From a virus, in the IMG/VR virus record IMGVR_UViG_3300020048_000003: a stretch of DNA of 64,000 bases; one strand, 5' to 3'. The notes under the pieces are model-generated. The model was given only the letters and a program-made list of their open reading frames with translations, did not search any database and had not been told where the DNA came from. Numbering within the stretch: the first letter of the stretch is position 1; each line of letters begins with the position of its first letter. This document shows, one piece after another, positions 19,227 to 29,096 of the stretch. The position numbers were made by a program, and so were the translations under genes.

Positions 19227-19454
19227 TTAGTTTTTATTTTCTATTTCTTTTAATTTTTCATTTCTTATTTTAGTGAGTAAAAATGGGCACCAAAAAGGAG
19301 TTTTTAGATGTGAATATAATTTATTTCCAAATATTTTAGAGTTATGTAAGCACTTTTTACCTGGAATTATACCATAATCAGCACCTAACCACTTACAACC
19401 CTCACAAGAAAATTCTTTTTTTAATGTTGGTCCATTTTTACCATTGATATTCAA
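19227..19454 (-). CDS. Fam-B small Cys-rich protein (tail RNEKLKEIENKN)
   Basis: CEGCKW...C...WCPF plus the tail. Confidence 0.55.
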   Translation of the reverse strand: MNINGKNGPTLKKEFSCEGCKWLGADYGIIPGKKCLHNSKIFGNKLYSHLKTPFWCPFLLTKIRNEKLKEIENKN

Positions 19455-19463
19455 ATCATTATA

Positions 19464-21347
19464 TTATTTTTTAAATGTACTTATAGTATCAATTACAACT
19501 CCCTTAATTTCTTCTTGTGAAATTAGTTTTAATTTTGATATTTCTAACATTCTATTAAATAGTTCTGGATTCATATTTGACCGACCAGCAACATTCTTTT
19601 TTGATTCTATATTTCCATCAAAAAAGAATGAATGATGTATATAGCCTACTCCATTTGGTTTAAGTACTCTATAAATTTCACTCAAATAATTCTGAATAAC
19701 AAATTTATCCATATGAACAAAAGAATCCCAAGAAAAAACAAAATCCAAAGATTCATCTTTAAAATCGCTAAGACTTTTACCATTATTTATTGAATATTTT
19801 TCAATATAGTTACCAAACCTTTCTCTGCATTTTATAATACAATTCTCATTCAAATCAACAACACTAAGGTTATTTGTATATTTAAGCAAATATGTTGTTA
19901 TTCTACCATGTCCTGGCGCAATCTCTAAAACATTTCCTTTTATATAATCTTTAATTTTTGGATAGATAATTTCATTCCAAACTTTTTCTGTACCACCAAA
20001 AACATCTGACCATTCTTCACCATCTCTTTCCCATTCTGAATCATTATTCCAGAATTTTTGTTCTTTTGTATTATCATATACTTCAGTTTTTTCAATTTTA
20101 ACTTCTTTATTATGAGTTGATTTTAGAATTTCATATGCCTTTTTTGCTGAATTTTCCCAAGAAAATTCTTCTCTTATGAGTTCTGAATCTTTGATTGCTT
20201 TTTCTTTATATTGCCAATAGTTTATATAAACATCTCTCATAACTCTTGATAAGTCATGAAAATCTGGTTCTATATAATTACCAACTGAATTTGGAATTGG
20301 TTTTTCATCTAACACATTGACTGGATGACCTTTACCACTTGCAAATTCTAATTGACCACTCCAATTTGAATATATTGATGGTGTACCACAAGCCATAGCC
20401 TCTATAAGAGGTAAATTCCAACCTTCTGATCTTGCACAAGATAGAAATACATGACCATTTCTTAAATAGTTTATATAATCTTCTCTTTCAAGAAAATGAA
20501 GAACTTTTAATCTATCATCTTTAAAGTTGAATTTTTCTAATCTCTCTTCGGTAGTTTTCATTCCATCTACGGCATAATCAGCATTATCCACAGCTAAAAT
20601 TAAGTCAACTGGCTCGTTATTTTGAAATGTTTTAAGAAAGGTCTCAATGATTTCTTTGGTCGCTTTACGATACTCCCAACGACCTATAAGTATAAATTTA
20701 AATCTATTATCTTTATACAAATCTAAATTTTGATTAAAATAATCTGGTGAGAATATTTTACCGTCAACTGCTTCAGGTACTACATAAATTTTATCAGATG
20801 GATATCCTTGTTTTATAGCACATTCTTTCTGCCATTTAGAAGGAACCCATAGTTGATCAAATTTTTTAAGTTTTTCAAAAAAATTATCTTCGTATCTTGT
20901 TGATTCCCAGACATTATATGCTATTTTAGTTCCTTTATATTTTTCAATAGAATTAAAATAGTGATGATTTGTTTCACTTAGAACTATATCTATTATATCT
21001 TCTTGTTTGTATTCATTAAGATAAGTAAGTCCATCATTAACAGGATAATCACATATTCCAGAATCATATCTATTTTTTTCACTTTTACCACAGTAAAGTG
21101 TTTGCTCACATATTAGATTTCTTTGATAATCAGTAAGGTATGTTTCATTTTTATGTGGATCTCCATAAACACCTTTAGAATCAATTGTACCTAAACCATT
21201 CCAAGTTTTTCCAACTGTAAAATTTTTAACTTTTACTGGTGTTAGATGGCTTAGAGCAGTAAAAAAATCTCTTGCATGTGCATTATATCCTGTGTGTCCA
21301 ACGAAACTTGTATTACCTTTTACAAAAAAATTATTATTGATTTCCAT
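19464..21347 (-). CDS. Bifunctional glycosyltransferase (GT4-like) with a C-terminal class I SAM methyltransferase
   Basis: EGWNLPLIEAMACGTP (EX7E) in the N-terminal half; VLEIAPGHGRIT...LKPNGVGYIHHS in the C-terminal half. Confidence 0.7.
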   Translation of the reverse strand: MEINNNFFVKGNTSFVGHTGYNAHARDFFTALSHLTPVKVKNFTVGKTWNGLGTIDSKGVYGDPHKNETYLTDYQRNLICEQTLYCGKSEKNRYDSGICDYPVNDGLTYLNEYKQEDIIDIVLSETNHHYFNSIEKYKGTKIAYNVWESTRYEDNFFEKLKKFDQLWVPSKWQKECAIKQGYPSDKIYVVPEAVDGKIFSPDYFNQNLDLYKDNRFKFILIGRWEYRKATKEIIETFLKTFQNNEPVDLILAVDNADYAVDGMKTTEERLEKFNFKDDRLKVLHFLEREDYINYLRNGHVFLSCARSEGWNLPLIEAMACGTPSIYSNWSGQLEFASGKGHPVNVLDEKPIPNSVGNYIEPDFHDLSRVMRDVYINYWQYKEKAIKDSELIREEFSWENSAKKAYEILKSTHNKEVKIEKTEVYDNTKEQKFWNNDSEWERDGEEWSDVFGGTEKVWNEIIYPKIKDYIKGNVLEIAPGHGRITTYLLKYTNNLSVVDLNENCIIKCRERFGNYIEKYSINNGKSLSDFKDESLDFVFSWDSFVHMDKFVIQNYLSEIYRVLKPNGVGYIHHSFFFDGNIESKKNVAGRSNMNPELFNRMLEISKLKLISQEEIKGVVIDTISTFKK

Positions 21348-22200
21348 AAAGTTCTTTTATTCTTTGTAGTTTTAGATTTCTGTAATATGAGATATCTCTT
21401 GTATTCATAGCATAATATTGATAGTATGGATGTAATCCACAATCTACTATACTATAGTGCATCATAAGATTTTTGTTTTTATTATAATTTCCAACTTCAA
21501 AAAATTCAAATTCATCAAATTTTATAAATCCTTGATTATCAACTTCAATTATACAATGAACACCAGGTTGATCTATAGAATTTTTACGACCAACAAAAAT
21601 ATAATCATCTTCAAGTGAGTTATCAATATGGTATACTATATTACCAATTGTTAATTCGTTTTTATCATTAAATAAGAATGAAATATCATCTAAATATTGA
21701 AGAATATATTGATATGTTTTATTATTTGATATTAAAAATTGTGCTGGACCAATTCTACCTTCAATTGCAATATAATTACTCACATGATTAATTTTTGCGA
21801 TAATTTTTCTTGCTATGATTGAATTATTACGTTCAGTATCAGTATCTAATGCTTTTTTCATTTCTCTGATATTTATATCAAAGTTTTTTATTGCTGTATA
21901 TTCTCTATGATGTTTACCTAATTCTGCAATTTTTTCAAAAATATCTTTTTGTATCTGGTTCATTATATCTTTAACTGTTAGATTTTGAAAGTCTTCAAAA
22001 ACTAATGGCTTTAAGTTAGCGGTTTTTTGATAAATACTTGGACCTATAACAGTTGGATATGTTGTGTTAGAAGATGTTGCCGGTTGAATATTGTTTGAGT
22101 ACTGAAAATCAACAAACATTATATTAACTGTTTGTGATGTTGCTCCTTTTAGTTGGAAAAAATTGTTTTCAAGTTCATCTAATTTAATTTTTGGAATCAT
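21334..22200 (-). CDS. Hypothetical protein
   Basis: 288-aa ORF. Confidence 0.55.
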   Translation of the reverse strand: MIPKIKLDELENNFFQLKGATSQTVNIMFVDFQYSNNIQPATSSNTTYPTVIGPSIYQKTANLKPLVFEDFQNLTVKDIMNQIQKDIFEKIAELGKHHREYTAIKNFDINIREMKKALDTDTERNNSIIARKIIAKINHVSNYIAIEGRIGPAQFLISNNKTYQYILQYLDDISFLFNDKNELTIGNIVYHIDNSLEDDYIFVGRKNSIDQPGVHCIIEVDNQGFIKFDEFEFFEVGNYNKNKNLMMHYSIVDCGLHPYYQYYAMNTRDISYYRNLKLQRIKELYGNQ

Positions 22201-22276
22201 TAATGAATATTATTTTTAAACATATATGTTGAAAATGTAAATTTGTTTTTTAATATATAAAAGAAAAAGTTTTTTC

Positions 22277-22864
22277 ATGGAAAAATTTACAAAAATGAAA
22301 GATAATCCAGTCATACCAGAAGAACAAGTTTTATATAATGGAAAATTCCTTGATGTGATTTCTTATAAAGATACAGAATTATTAAAAATTAGAGATAAAG
22401 TTGCTATTTTACCTTATTTTAGAGATGAAGCAACATTTTTAATGAGATTAGAATATACTCCTGCGTATCAATATAAAAATCGTGATAAATCAAATCTTAA
22501 AAGAATTACAAATTATTTAACAATTATGACAGAGGGAATGGAAGAAGGTGAAACTCCTGAAAAAACAATTAGAAGAGGCTTATACGAAGAAGGTGGACTT
22601 GTTTTGAATAATTTATATCCATTTGAGGTTGAAGGTCCTTTTTTTGTTGATAAATATACTACTGGACAAGTATGGGTTTGTTTTTTGGAACTTCCAGTTA
22701 ATTCATATCGTCAAATTAAACCACCAACAGATGGTTCAACAGCAGAAAAATTATCAAAATGTATAAGAGTTTCAGTTGGTGATATAGACCAGATTGTTAA
22801 TAATGATTTGATTTCTAAGTATATGATTACCAAATTAAAAACTAGGATTGAAAATGGTATATGA
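22277..22864 (+). CDS. Hypothetical protein (weak, degenerate Nudix-box-like ExxxxxxxRGLYEEGGL)
   Basis: 195-aa ORF; an upstream TAAATTTG promoter-like element is present. Confidence 0.5.
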   Translation: MEKFTKMKDNPVIPEEQVLYNGKFLDVISYKDTELLKIRDKVAILPYFRDEATFLMRLEYTPAYQYKNRDKSNLKRITNYLTIMTEGMEEGETPEKTIRRGLYEEGGLVLNNLYPFEVEGPFFVDKYTTGQVWVCFLELPVNSYRQIKPPTDGSTAEKLSKCIRVSVGDIDQIVNNDLISKYMITKLKTRIENGI

Positions 22865-23244
22865 ATCATTTAAAATTATTTGAAGGTTTTCTATCTACAA
22901 AGGCGACATATGAAGAAGAAGGTAGTGTATATTGGAAAATTAGTACTAAATCATTAGCATATATATTATTATCATTGGAAAAAATAGGTTTAGATTCTGA
23001 TGATATGATTTATATTGATGTTTATACTAATTTTCAAAAAGAAGATTTTAATGCAATATATTATGGAAATTTTTATATTGGAAGAGGATTAGATACTTTT
23101 GGAGTATTTTATTGGTACTGGTCCTATGATGTTTATTCATTCAAAGGTAAACGTTCTAATGAAATGGGTGGTGATAAATACAAATATAAAGGTTTAATTA
23201 AAATTGAAGATTGGGAATTAGCCGCAAATAAATATAACTTATAA
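22861..23244 (+). CDS. Fam-A small protein (MNHLKLFEG...ANKYNL)
   Basis: Family termini. Confidence 0.7.
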   Translation: MNHLKLFEGFLSTKATYEEEGSVYWKISTKSLAYILLSLEKIGLDSDDMIYIDVYTNFQKEDFNAIYYGNFYIGRGLDTFGVFYWYWSYDVYSFKGKRSNEMGGDKYKYKGLIKIEDWELAANKYNL

Positions 23245-23246
23245 CT

Positions 23247-23537
23247 ATGGAATATGCTAATGTGAAGACAATCAAAGAGTTTCAAAAATTAAAAGGTGAT
23301 ATTGAAAAGCAACTTGTTGATTTTATGAAAAATTATGATCAATTTATTAAATCTGTCGCACCATCACATTGGAGAACAACAGGAACACATTATCATCATT
23401 TAAGAGATTTGAAAGGTGATTTGAAATATTTTACGCCTGTACAATTAAAAGATTTGGAGCATGAAATGGTTAGAGACCAAGTTTTAACGGATGAAGAAAA
23501 AGATTTTTATAATACAGCAAAAAAATACAATATATGA
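23247..23537 (+). CDS. Fam-A-like protein (C-terminal ...AKKYNI only)
   Basis: C-terminal motif. Confidence 0.55.
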   Translation: MEYANVKTIKEFQKLKGDIEKQLVDFMKNYDQFIKSVAPSHWRTTGTHYHHLRDLKGDLKYFTPVQLKDLEHEMVRDQVLTDEEKDFYNTAKKYNI

Positions 23538-23773
23538 AAATAAGAAAGTTTAACGAATCCTCCTTTATTCCATCTAATGATGAGGAAATGAAAAATTTTA
23601 TTTATGATATTATAAGTAGTTATGTTGATATTAGAACTGTTGAATATCACCCTGATGATTATGAAGCAGATCCTGAATCAGAAGAAAAAGCCGCTGAACA
23701 AATTATAATTGAATTAAAGAAATTAGGAGTAGATTTTGATTTTATCTATAATGTAAAAAAATATAATGTATGA
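23534..23773 (+). CDS. Fam-A-like protein (MKIRKFNE...KKYNV)
   Basis: Termini. Confidence 0.55.
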   Translation: MKIRKFNESSFIPSNDEEMKNFIYDIISSYVDIRTVEYHPDDYEADPESEEKAAEQIIIELKKLGVDFDFIYNVKKYNV

Positions 23774-23958
23774 AATATTTACAAAAATTTGAAGAATATA
23801 CTCCAGTTGAATTTGTTGCACCTTTTCGTGAGCATCCATCATATAAAAATGAAGAAAAAAAGAAGAAGCGAAAAAGAAAAGGTCAATCTGCTGAAGCACC
23901 TGTAATGGTTCCACCAAATCACACAAAAGATGCGATTTCTTTTAAAGGTAGCTCTTAA
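23770..23958 (+). CDS. Fam-A N-terminus (MKYLQKFEEY) with a Lys-rich C-terminus; no KYNL
   Basis: N-terminal motif only. Confidence 0.45.
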   Translation: MKYLQKFEEYTPVEFVAPFREHPSYKNEEKKKKRKRKGQSAEAPVMVPPNHTKDAISFKGSS

Positions 23959-25358
23959 AATCTCTTGAACCTAGTAATAAGTTTTTCTGTTGTTGATATT
24001 TGTTTAAATTTATCCTTAGTTCTATAAGAAGATTTCATTTCACCTCCTAAATCATAAAGTATTAAATTTTCGTGATTTTCATCCCAACCTAAATTACCCT
24101 GGTGAAAATCTGTATCATGTACACCTTTTAATTTAAGTTCTTTAACTATATTTAAGATTTTTGGATAAATATCAATTGCGATTTTCTCTACATCTTTAGG
24201 GTCTCTCTCATTTGCTAATATCCTTTTATTTTCTACTGAATTTGGTCTAAATAACACAAATTGAATATGATCTATCATATTTTTTTTGTCTTTAACGTTT
24301 TCATAATATTCAGGATTATTCTGAATCATACCTTTATAACAATGAATTGCATCTTTCTCATTTTCAGTTAATTCTCCTACATAATCCATTAATATATACC
24401 ATTTATAAACATTAGTATCTAATCCAATATTTTTGTTCAAAATATTGATTTCTCCCACGTTATAATAGTTGACTATATATTTAGACCATTTCTTATTTTT
24501 AGATAATTTATATGCAATATGTACTTCATTTTCATCCGAAGTTATTTTTAAAACTTTACCAGATTTTGTTTTATATGCAAATCCATATCCACCACCACCA
24601 AGATAACTATCAATTTCTTCACCTAAATCATCAGCGATTTCTAGTATTCTCTTTTTTATTGTAGGTGTTGGATAATTATATTCTTCTAATACGGAATATT
24701 TTTTCAATTTAACTTTTGGTTGTTTACCATATGGATCATATCTTTTTGTTATATCAAATAAGATTAACCTTGTATGATCATGATTCCAACCTAAATTACC
24801 ACCATGAAAATCACATTGTTCTATGTTATGTTTTTTTAATTCTTTTGCAATATTTTTAATATGAGGAATAAAACTTATAGCATTTTTTTTCATTTCATAA
24901 ATATCATACATACTTGAAAGTAGTGGTCGGTTTTGTTTAAGTTTAATAGTAGTAAAACTGTGATTGATATTATCTATTAATTCATCATCAAATGCACTTT
25001 TATAAAAAGATTTTGAAAATTGAAAAATAGGTTTAAAGACATAATCAATCATTACTTTTTCTTCTTTTGGTAATGGTTCAACGTAATCCATTAATATAAA
25101 ATACTTAAAGTCATTTGTTGTATTCTCTATTTCACCTACATTGTAATAATTTAGAATATATTTAAATAAATTTTTGTGTCTTGCCAACTTCTTTGCTATA
25201 ATGATTTCATTTGTATCATAAGTAAGTTTCAATACTCTTCCTGACTCAAGTGAAAAAACAACACCAAAATCACCTGAACCTATTTCTTCAATAAGTTTTT
25301 CTCCTAATTCATCGGCAATTTTAATTGCTAATTTTTCTGTTGCACTAAGAAATTTCAT
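23955..25358 (-). CDS. Tandem protein-kinase-like (PKL/APH-like) domain protein
   Basis: Two copies of a Gly loop plus VLK (IGSGDFGVVF...VLKL; LGGGGYGFAY..VLKI) and of DFH(G/Q)GNLGW, which resembles the HGDLHPGN catalytic loop. Confidence 0.5.
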   Translation of the reverse strand: MKFLSATEKLAIKIADELGEKLIEEIGSGDFGVVFSLESGRVLKLTYDTNEIIIAKKLARHKNLFKYILNYYNVGEIENTTNDFKYFILMDYVEPLPKEEKVMIDYVFKPIFQFSKSFYKSAFDDELIDNINHSFTTIKLKQNRPLLSSMYDIYEMKKNAISFIPHIKNIAKELKKHNIEQCDFHGGNLGWNHDHTRLILFDITKRYDPYGKQPKVKLKKYSVLEEYNYPTPTIKKRILEIADDLGEEIDSYLGGGGYGFAYKTKSGKVLKITSDENEVHIAYKLSKNKKWSKYIVNYYNVGEINILNKNIGLDTNVYKWYILMDYVGELTENEKDAIHCYKGMIQNNPEYYENVKDKKNMIDHIQFVLFRPNSVENKRILANERDPKDVEKIAIDIYPKILNIVKELKLKGVHDTDFHQGNLGWDENHENLILYDLGGEMKSSYRTKDKFKQISTTEKLITRFKRF

Positions 25359-25882
25359 AAATTATAATTATTTGCTGTTGATTTTAATTTATCAATTGTT
25401 ATATATTCCTCACAATATCCATCTTCTCTTTTTGGATGACCTTTTAATTTAAATGATATAAAACAACTATTTCCATCAAAAAGGTAACCAATACCTTCAA
25501 TTGTACCTTCAAATGGTTCCTGAGTTAATAAATCTATGAAACCACTAGAAATATATTTACCAGTAAGTTCTTTATTTAAGAAAATTTTGAAATGTTTTGG
25601 TGCGGCATATATTGACATCATGAAATCTTCCCAAAGTTTTTTGATGTTTATAATTATTTCATCTTCATCTTCTTGAAAATTTCTTTCTCTAACTAATGGA
25701 AGAAAATCTTCTTTATATAATTGTTTTTCAGATTTTTCATTATGATCCCAAGGTTCATCATCTTCTGGATCTATTGTACCGTTTTCAAACCCAGGCACAA
25801 CTTCAGGCTCATATTTTTCTGGTTCAAACATTCCAGGAAATTCATCTTTTATACTATCTTCAAAATATTTTAAATATATCAT
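25355..25882 (-). CDS. Fam-A small protein (MIYLKYFE...NNYNL)
   Basis: Termini. Confidence 0.7.
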   Translation of the reverse strand: MIYLKYFEDSIKDEFPGMFEPEKYEPEVVPGFENGTIDPEDDEPWDHNEKSEKQLYKEDFLPLVRERNFQEDEDEIIINIKKLWEDFMMSIYAAPKHFKIFLNKELTGKYISSGFIDLLTQEPFEGTIEGIGYLFDGNSCFISFKLKGHPKREDGYCEEYITIDKLKSTANNYNL

Positions 25883-26289
25883 AGGTTATATCTCTTTATA
25901 TTTTTAGAATATTCAATTTTCTCAACTGCTTGATTAAATTCCTCTTTTGTATTGAATTTTCTCACATAATCTTCACATACCCAACTATCATATTGTTCTT
26001 TTTTAAAAGAATTTGATATTATTGAACTTATAGATGCTTCTTTTATGTTTCTTTTTTGCTCCGGTGTTAATTCACATAAATGATGAATTAGAAACAATTT
26101 ATTATTTTCTTTTTTATCAAAATGACCAATATCTACGACAATTCCATATGTATTGTGCCAACATGCTTTTGTGTTTTTATCATTTCGTCCTGTCCATGTA
26201 TCTTCTATAACTACATAATCTCCTATATTAATATCAGTATTGAAAGATTCAAATCTTTTAATAAAACGCATAGAAAAGAAATCTCTCAT
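25879..26289 (-). CDS. Fam-A small protein (..FIKRFE...KRYNL), IGDYVVIED barrel
   Basis: Termini. Confidence 0.65.
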   Translation of the reverse strand: MRDFFSMRFIKRFESFNTDINIGDYVVIEDTWTGRNDKNTKACWHNTYGIVVDIGHFDKKENNKLFLIHHLCELTPEQKRNIKEASISSIISNSFKKEQYDSWVCEDYVRKFNTKEEFNQAVEKIEYSKNIKRYNL

Positions 26290-26331
26290 TAAAAAGTTTT
26301 CTTTTATATATAAAAATTTGTGTGTGATTTT

Positions 26332-26628
26332 TTACAAAGAAGATATCTTTGCTATTGCTTTTAACTTCTCAAGTCTTGAGAATGTACTAATTCCAAATTG
26401 TTTTTTTATTTCTTCTGCACTATAAAGATGATGATCAACATCACCCCATTCACCCCATTCTAAAACACAAATATACATTTGCGGGTTAGACCAACCAGAT
26501 TTAAATATATGAAGAGCAACTATATTTTGTTCATCATAATATTCAAAAATTCTATTTTTTTGAAGCGGACTATACTTAAATTTTAATGTGTCCTTTGGTG
26601 TGGTTATCATTGTTTTACTTTGCCACAT
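26332..26628 (-). CDS. Hypothetical protein
   Basis: 98-aa ORF. Confidence 0.45.
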   Translation of the reverse strand: MWQSKTMITTPKDTLKFKYSPLQKNRIFEYYDEQNIVALHIFKSGWSNPQMYICVLEWGEWGDVDHHLYSAEEIKKQFGISTFSRLEKLKAIAKISSL

Positions 26629-26815
26629 CTTATTATAAATCGTTTAAATGTTCTAATTTATCTTTTCTTGTTTCTTTTTCAAGTAAAATAATTAATGTAC
26701 TAGTTTCAATAACTGACATATTTACAATTTTCCATCCCTTCTCTAAATATTCTCTATTAAAAGAATCTATATCTTGATTATATGGATTTCTTAATCTAAC
26801 CAATTTTTGCATATT

Positions 26816-27289
26816 TTATTCCTTTATTTTCCATCTTTTGTATGGTTTTTTTATCAAATTTGAATTATAATATTTTGATTCTTCACTTACTTCTTTTATA
26901 GTCCAAGGTGGAATTGCAAAATATTCTTTTTCATCTTTTAACTCAATTTCGGCTATAACCAAGCCTTGATTTGCTCCTGAAAACACATCAACAGTCCAAT
27001 ACTTCTCACTAAAATATATTGTAGTTCTTTTTTTAGTAATTGTTTTCTTGCACATACCAATTAACTGAATACCATCAGCATGAGGAATTTCATACTCAAA
27101 TTCATCCCTTGATATACCTTCTGTTTTTCCTTTTATTGTGATGAATGCTTTATCATCCTCTATTCTTATCCTAATGACTTTTTTACCATCATCAGTAAGA
27201 TATCCTTGTTGAATATCAGTTGTTTTAAAAGGATTTAAGTTGACTCTTGTTAAGTCAACTAAAAATTTTCTTTCTATTTCTTTTCCCAT
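26816..27289 (-). CDS. CYTH-domain protein (triphosphate tunnel metalloenzyme)
   Basis: N-terminal EIERKFLV (ExExK) and a later IEIELKDE. Start set at MGKEIERKF. Confidence 0.7.
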   Translation of the reverse strand: MGKEIERKFLVDLTRVNLNPFKTTDIQQGYLTDDGKKVIRIRIEDDKAFITIKGKTEGISRDEFEYEIPHADGIQLIGMCKKTITKKRTTIYFSEKYWTVDVFSGANQGLVIAEIELKDEKEYFAIPPWTIKEVSEESKYYNSNLIKKPYKRWKIKE

Positions 27290-27296
27290 ATATTTT

Positions 27297-27575
27297 TTAA
27301 TTAAATGATGCAAACATTAAAATAAAACCAGCGAAAAAAACTAAAAACCCAATACTAAAAAAATATTTAGTAAAACTACTTAGTTTATTTTCAAAATTTA
27401 ACCATTTTCCAAATTTTGTATTTGAAAATAAAGTTTTACACATTGCTACAATACCAAGAAAGCCTAAAAATATTAGATTAAACCATTGGCAATCAATATG
27501 GTAGAAAGTTAATAATCCCATGCTGAATATTGATAAGAAGATTGATCCGAAGAAGATGTAGTCTGAATTTCTCAT
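27297..27575 (-). CDS. Small membrane protein (3 TM)
   Basis: Hydrophobic helices. Confidence 0.5.
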   Translation of the reverse strand: MRNSDYIFFGSIFLSIFSMGLLTFYHIDCQWFNLIFLGFLGIVAMCKTLFSNTKFGKWLNFENKLSSFTKYFFSIGFLVFFAGFILMFASFN

Positions 27576-27982
27576 TTTAAGATTTCTTTTAATTTTTCTT
27601 TTCTTTGTTCTTTAACTGGTAGTAAATTATATACTCTTTTTGTGGTCTCATTCATGCTTTTTTTACTGAAAAAATTTAATATTTCTTCTCTTTTACGAGC
27701 AATTTCTATTCTTTTTATCCTACTTTTAATATCCCACCATTTATATGTATCACGACTATAACTATAACTACCAACTTCTATAGATATGACTTTTCCACCT
27801 GTATTGTGATTAGGGTCACGTACATAAATACTAAACAAATAATCTAAAGAACTTATATTTATATGAATATTTCCTTTTATCATTTCTTTATTAGGATTAT
27901 CCCAATCTTCAAATTTAGAATTTAGAATTAGATTATCTATATAGATACTAATTTCTCTTTCCATTTCTTTTTCTGTCTTCAT
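27572..27982 (-). CDS. Fam-B small protein (tail RKEKLKEILK)
   Basis: Tail. Confidence 0.6.
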   Translation of the reverse strand: MKTEKEMEREISIYIDNLILNSKFEDWDNPNKEMIKGNIHINISSLDYLFSIYVRDPNHNTGGKVISIEVGSYSYSRDTYKWWDIKSRIKRIEIARKREEILNFFSKKSMNETTKRVYNLLPVKEQRKEKLKEILK

Positions 27983-28497
27983 ATTGTTTTATCTATATTT
28001 TTTATTTTTTCAAGTTTTTGTTTTCTCATTTCTTTTACCTCATTTTGACTTTCAAGCCATTCTATATCAACTGTGTTTTTTATAGAAACAAATCTTTTTC
28101 GTACTATATTTTTTACATACTCATATTGTTCTGACGCAAAACCAGATTCAATTTCTATTTCCATTATTTGAGTTTTTGATTCTCCATTTGTAAATCTTTC
28201 TATTTCTTTTACATAAACTATACACACATACTTATCTCCAGGAATATTATTTTTTTTATCTTCCTCAGATACAAGAGTTACGTTTTCCTTGTAATATCCC
28301 CATTTTTTCTTAGGTGATAAATCTTCAATAGCAATTGTGAGTTTTCTATTTAAATTTTTAATTTCAAGATTTAAATTTTCAAATTCTTTGTTTTCTTTCC
28401 CTATTATATTTCTTAATTTCATATCAGCCTTTGTGTATAAAACTAAAAATAAAATAGTTAAGCAAAAGAAAACAGCGGATAATATTATGTAAATCAT
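27979..28497 (-). CDS. Fam-B protein with an N-terminal TM (tail RKQKLEKIKNI)
   Basis: Tail. Confidence 0.6.
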   Translation of the reverse strand: MIYIILSAVFFCLTILFLVLYTKADMKLRNIIGKENKEFENLNLEIKNLNRKLTIAIEDLSPKKKWGYYKENVTLVSEEDKKNNIPGDKYVCIVYVKEIERFTNGESKTQIMEIEIESGFASEQYEYVKNIVRKRFVSIKNTVDIEWLESQNEVKEMRKQKLEKIKNIDKTI

Positions 28498-28799
28498 TTT
28501 GTTTTATTTTTTATATGTTTTAATTTAAATTTTCTAATTTCATTTTCATTGCAAAAATAATCATAAAAATAAGGTAGATTATAATTTTCTTCAAGTTTTG
28601 TAATCTTAAAACGAATTCCACCTTTTCTATTATTATTCCAAATATAAATATATTCACTATCAATGATTGTTGGATTAAAGTGAATATCTTCTAATTGAAA
28701 TCTTTTACTAAATTCATTTTTAAAAAACTCACCAAAAAACTCACAACCACCATAATGGTAATATTTTTTACATAGAACTTCTTTTATTGGTTTATTCAT
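28494..28799 (-). CDS. Fam-B small protein (tail IRKFKLKHIKN)
   Basis: Tail. Confidence 0.55.
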   Translation of the reverse strand: MNKPIKEVLCKKYYHYGGCEFFGEFFKNEFSKRFQLEDIHFNPTIIDSEYIYIWNNNRKGGIRFKITKLEENYNLPYFYDYFCNENEIRKFKLKHIKNKTK

Positions 28800-28838
28800 A
28801 AAAACAAATATAGTTTTTTATTTAAAATAAAAAAAATA

Positions 28839-29096
28839 TCAACAAATTTTTGTTGATATTTTAAAATTCTTATCATTTACTTGAACTTGATAAAACCAAT
28901 AATCATCTTCAATATTAATATCAATAGGTTTCAAAATTAATTTGTGATTGAAATATTCTATAACTTTGAAAGTATCATTTAATTTAAGTTTGTAAGTTTT
29001 TTTTATAATACCTTGTGCGCCATATAAATATATGTTATTTTTACCAACTAAAGAAGGTTTACCTTGAAAATTTATAATATCTCCTTTGTTGAACAT
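28839..29096 (-). CDS. Small beta-barrel-like protein (FNKGDIINFQGK)
   Basis: 85-aa ORF. Confidence 0.5.
   Translation of the reverse strand: MFNKGDIINFQGKPSLVGKNNIYLYGAQGIIKKTYKLKLNDTFKVIEYFNHKLILKPIDINIEDDYWFYQVQVNDKNFKISTKIC

Noticed and set aside
22277-22864. Nudix hydrolase call for the 195-aa protein
   Set aside because: Only a degenerate match to the Nudix box (E-x7-RGLYEEGGL, with the leading Gly misplaced and REx2EE imperfect). Kept as a weak note only.
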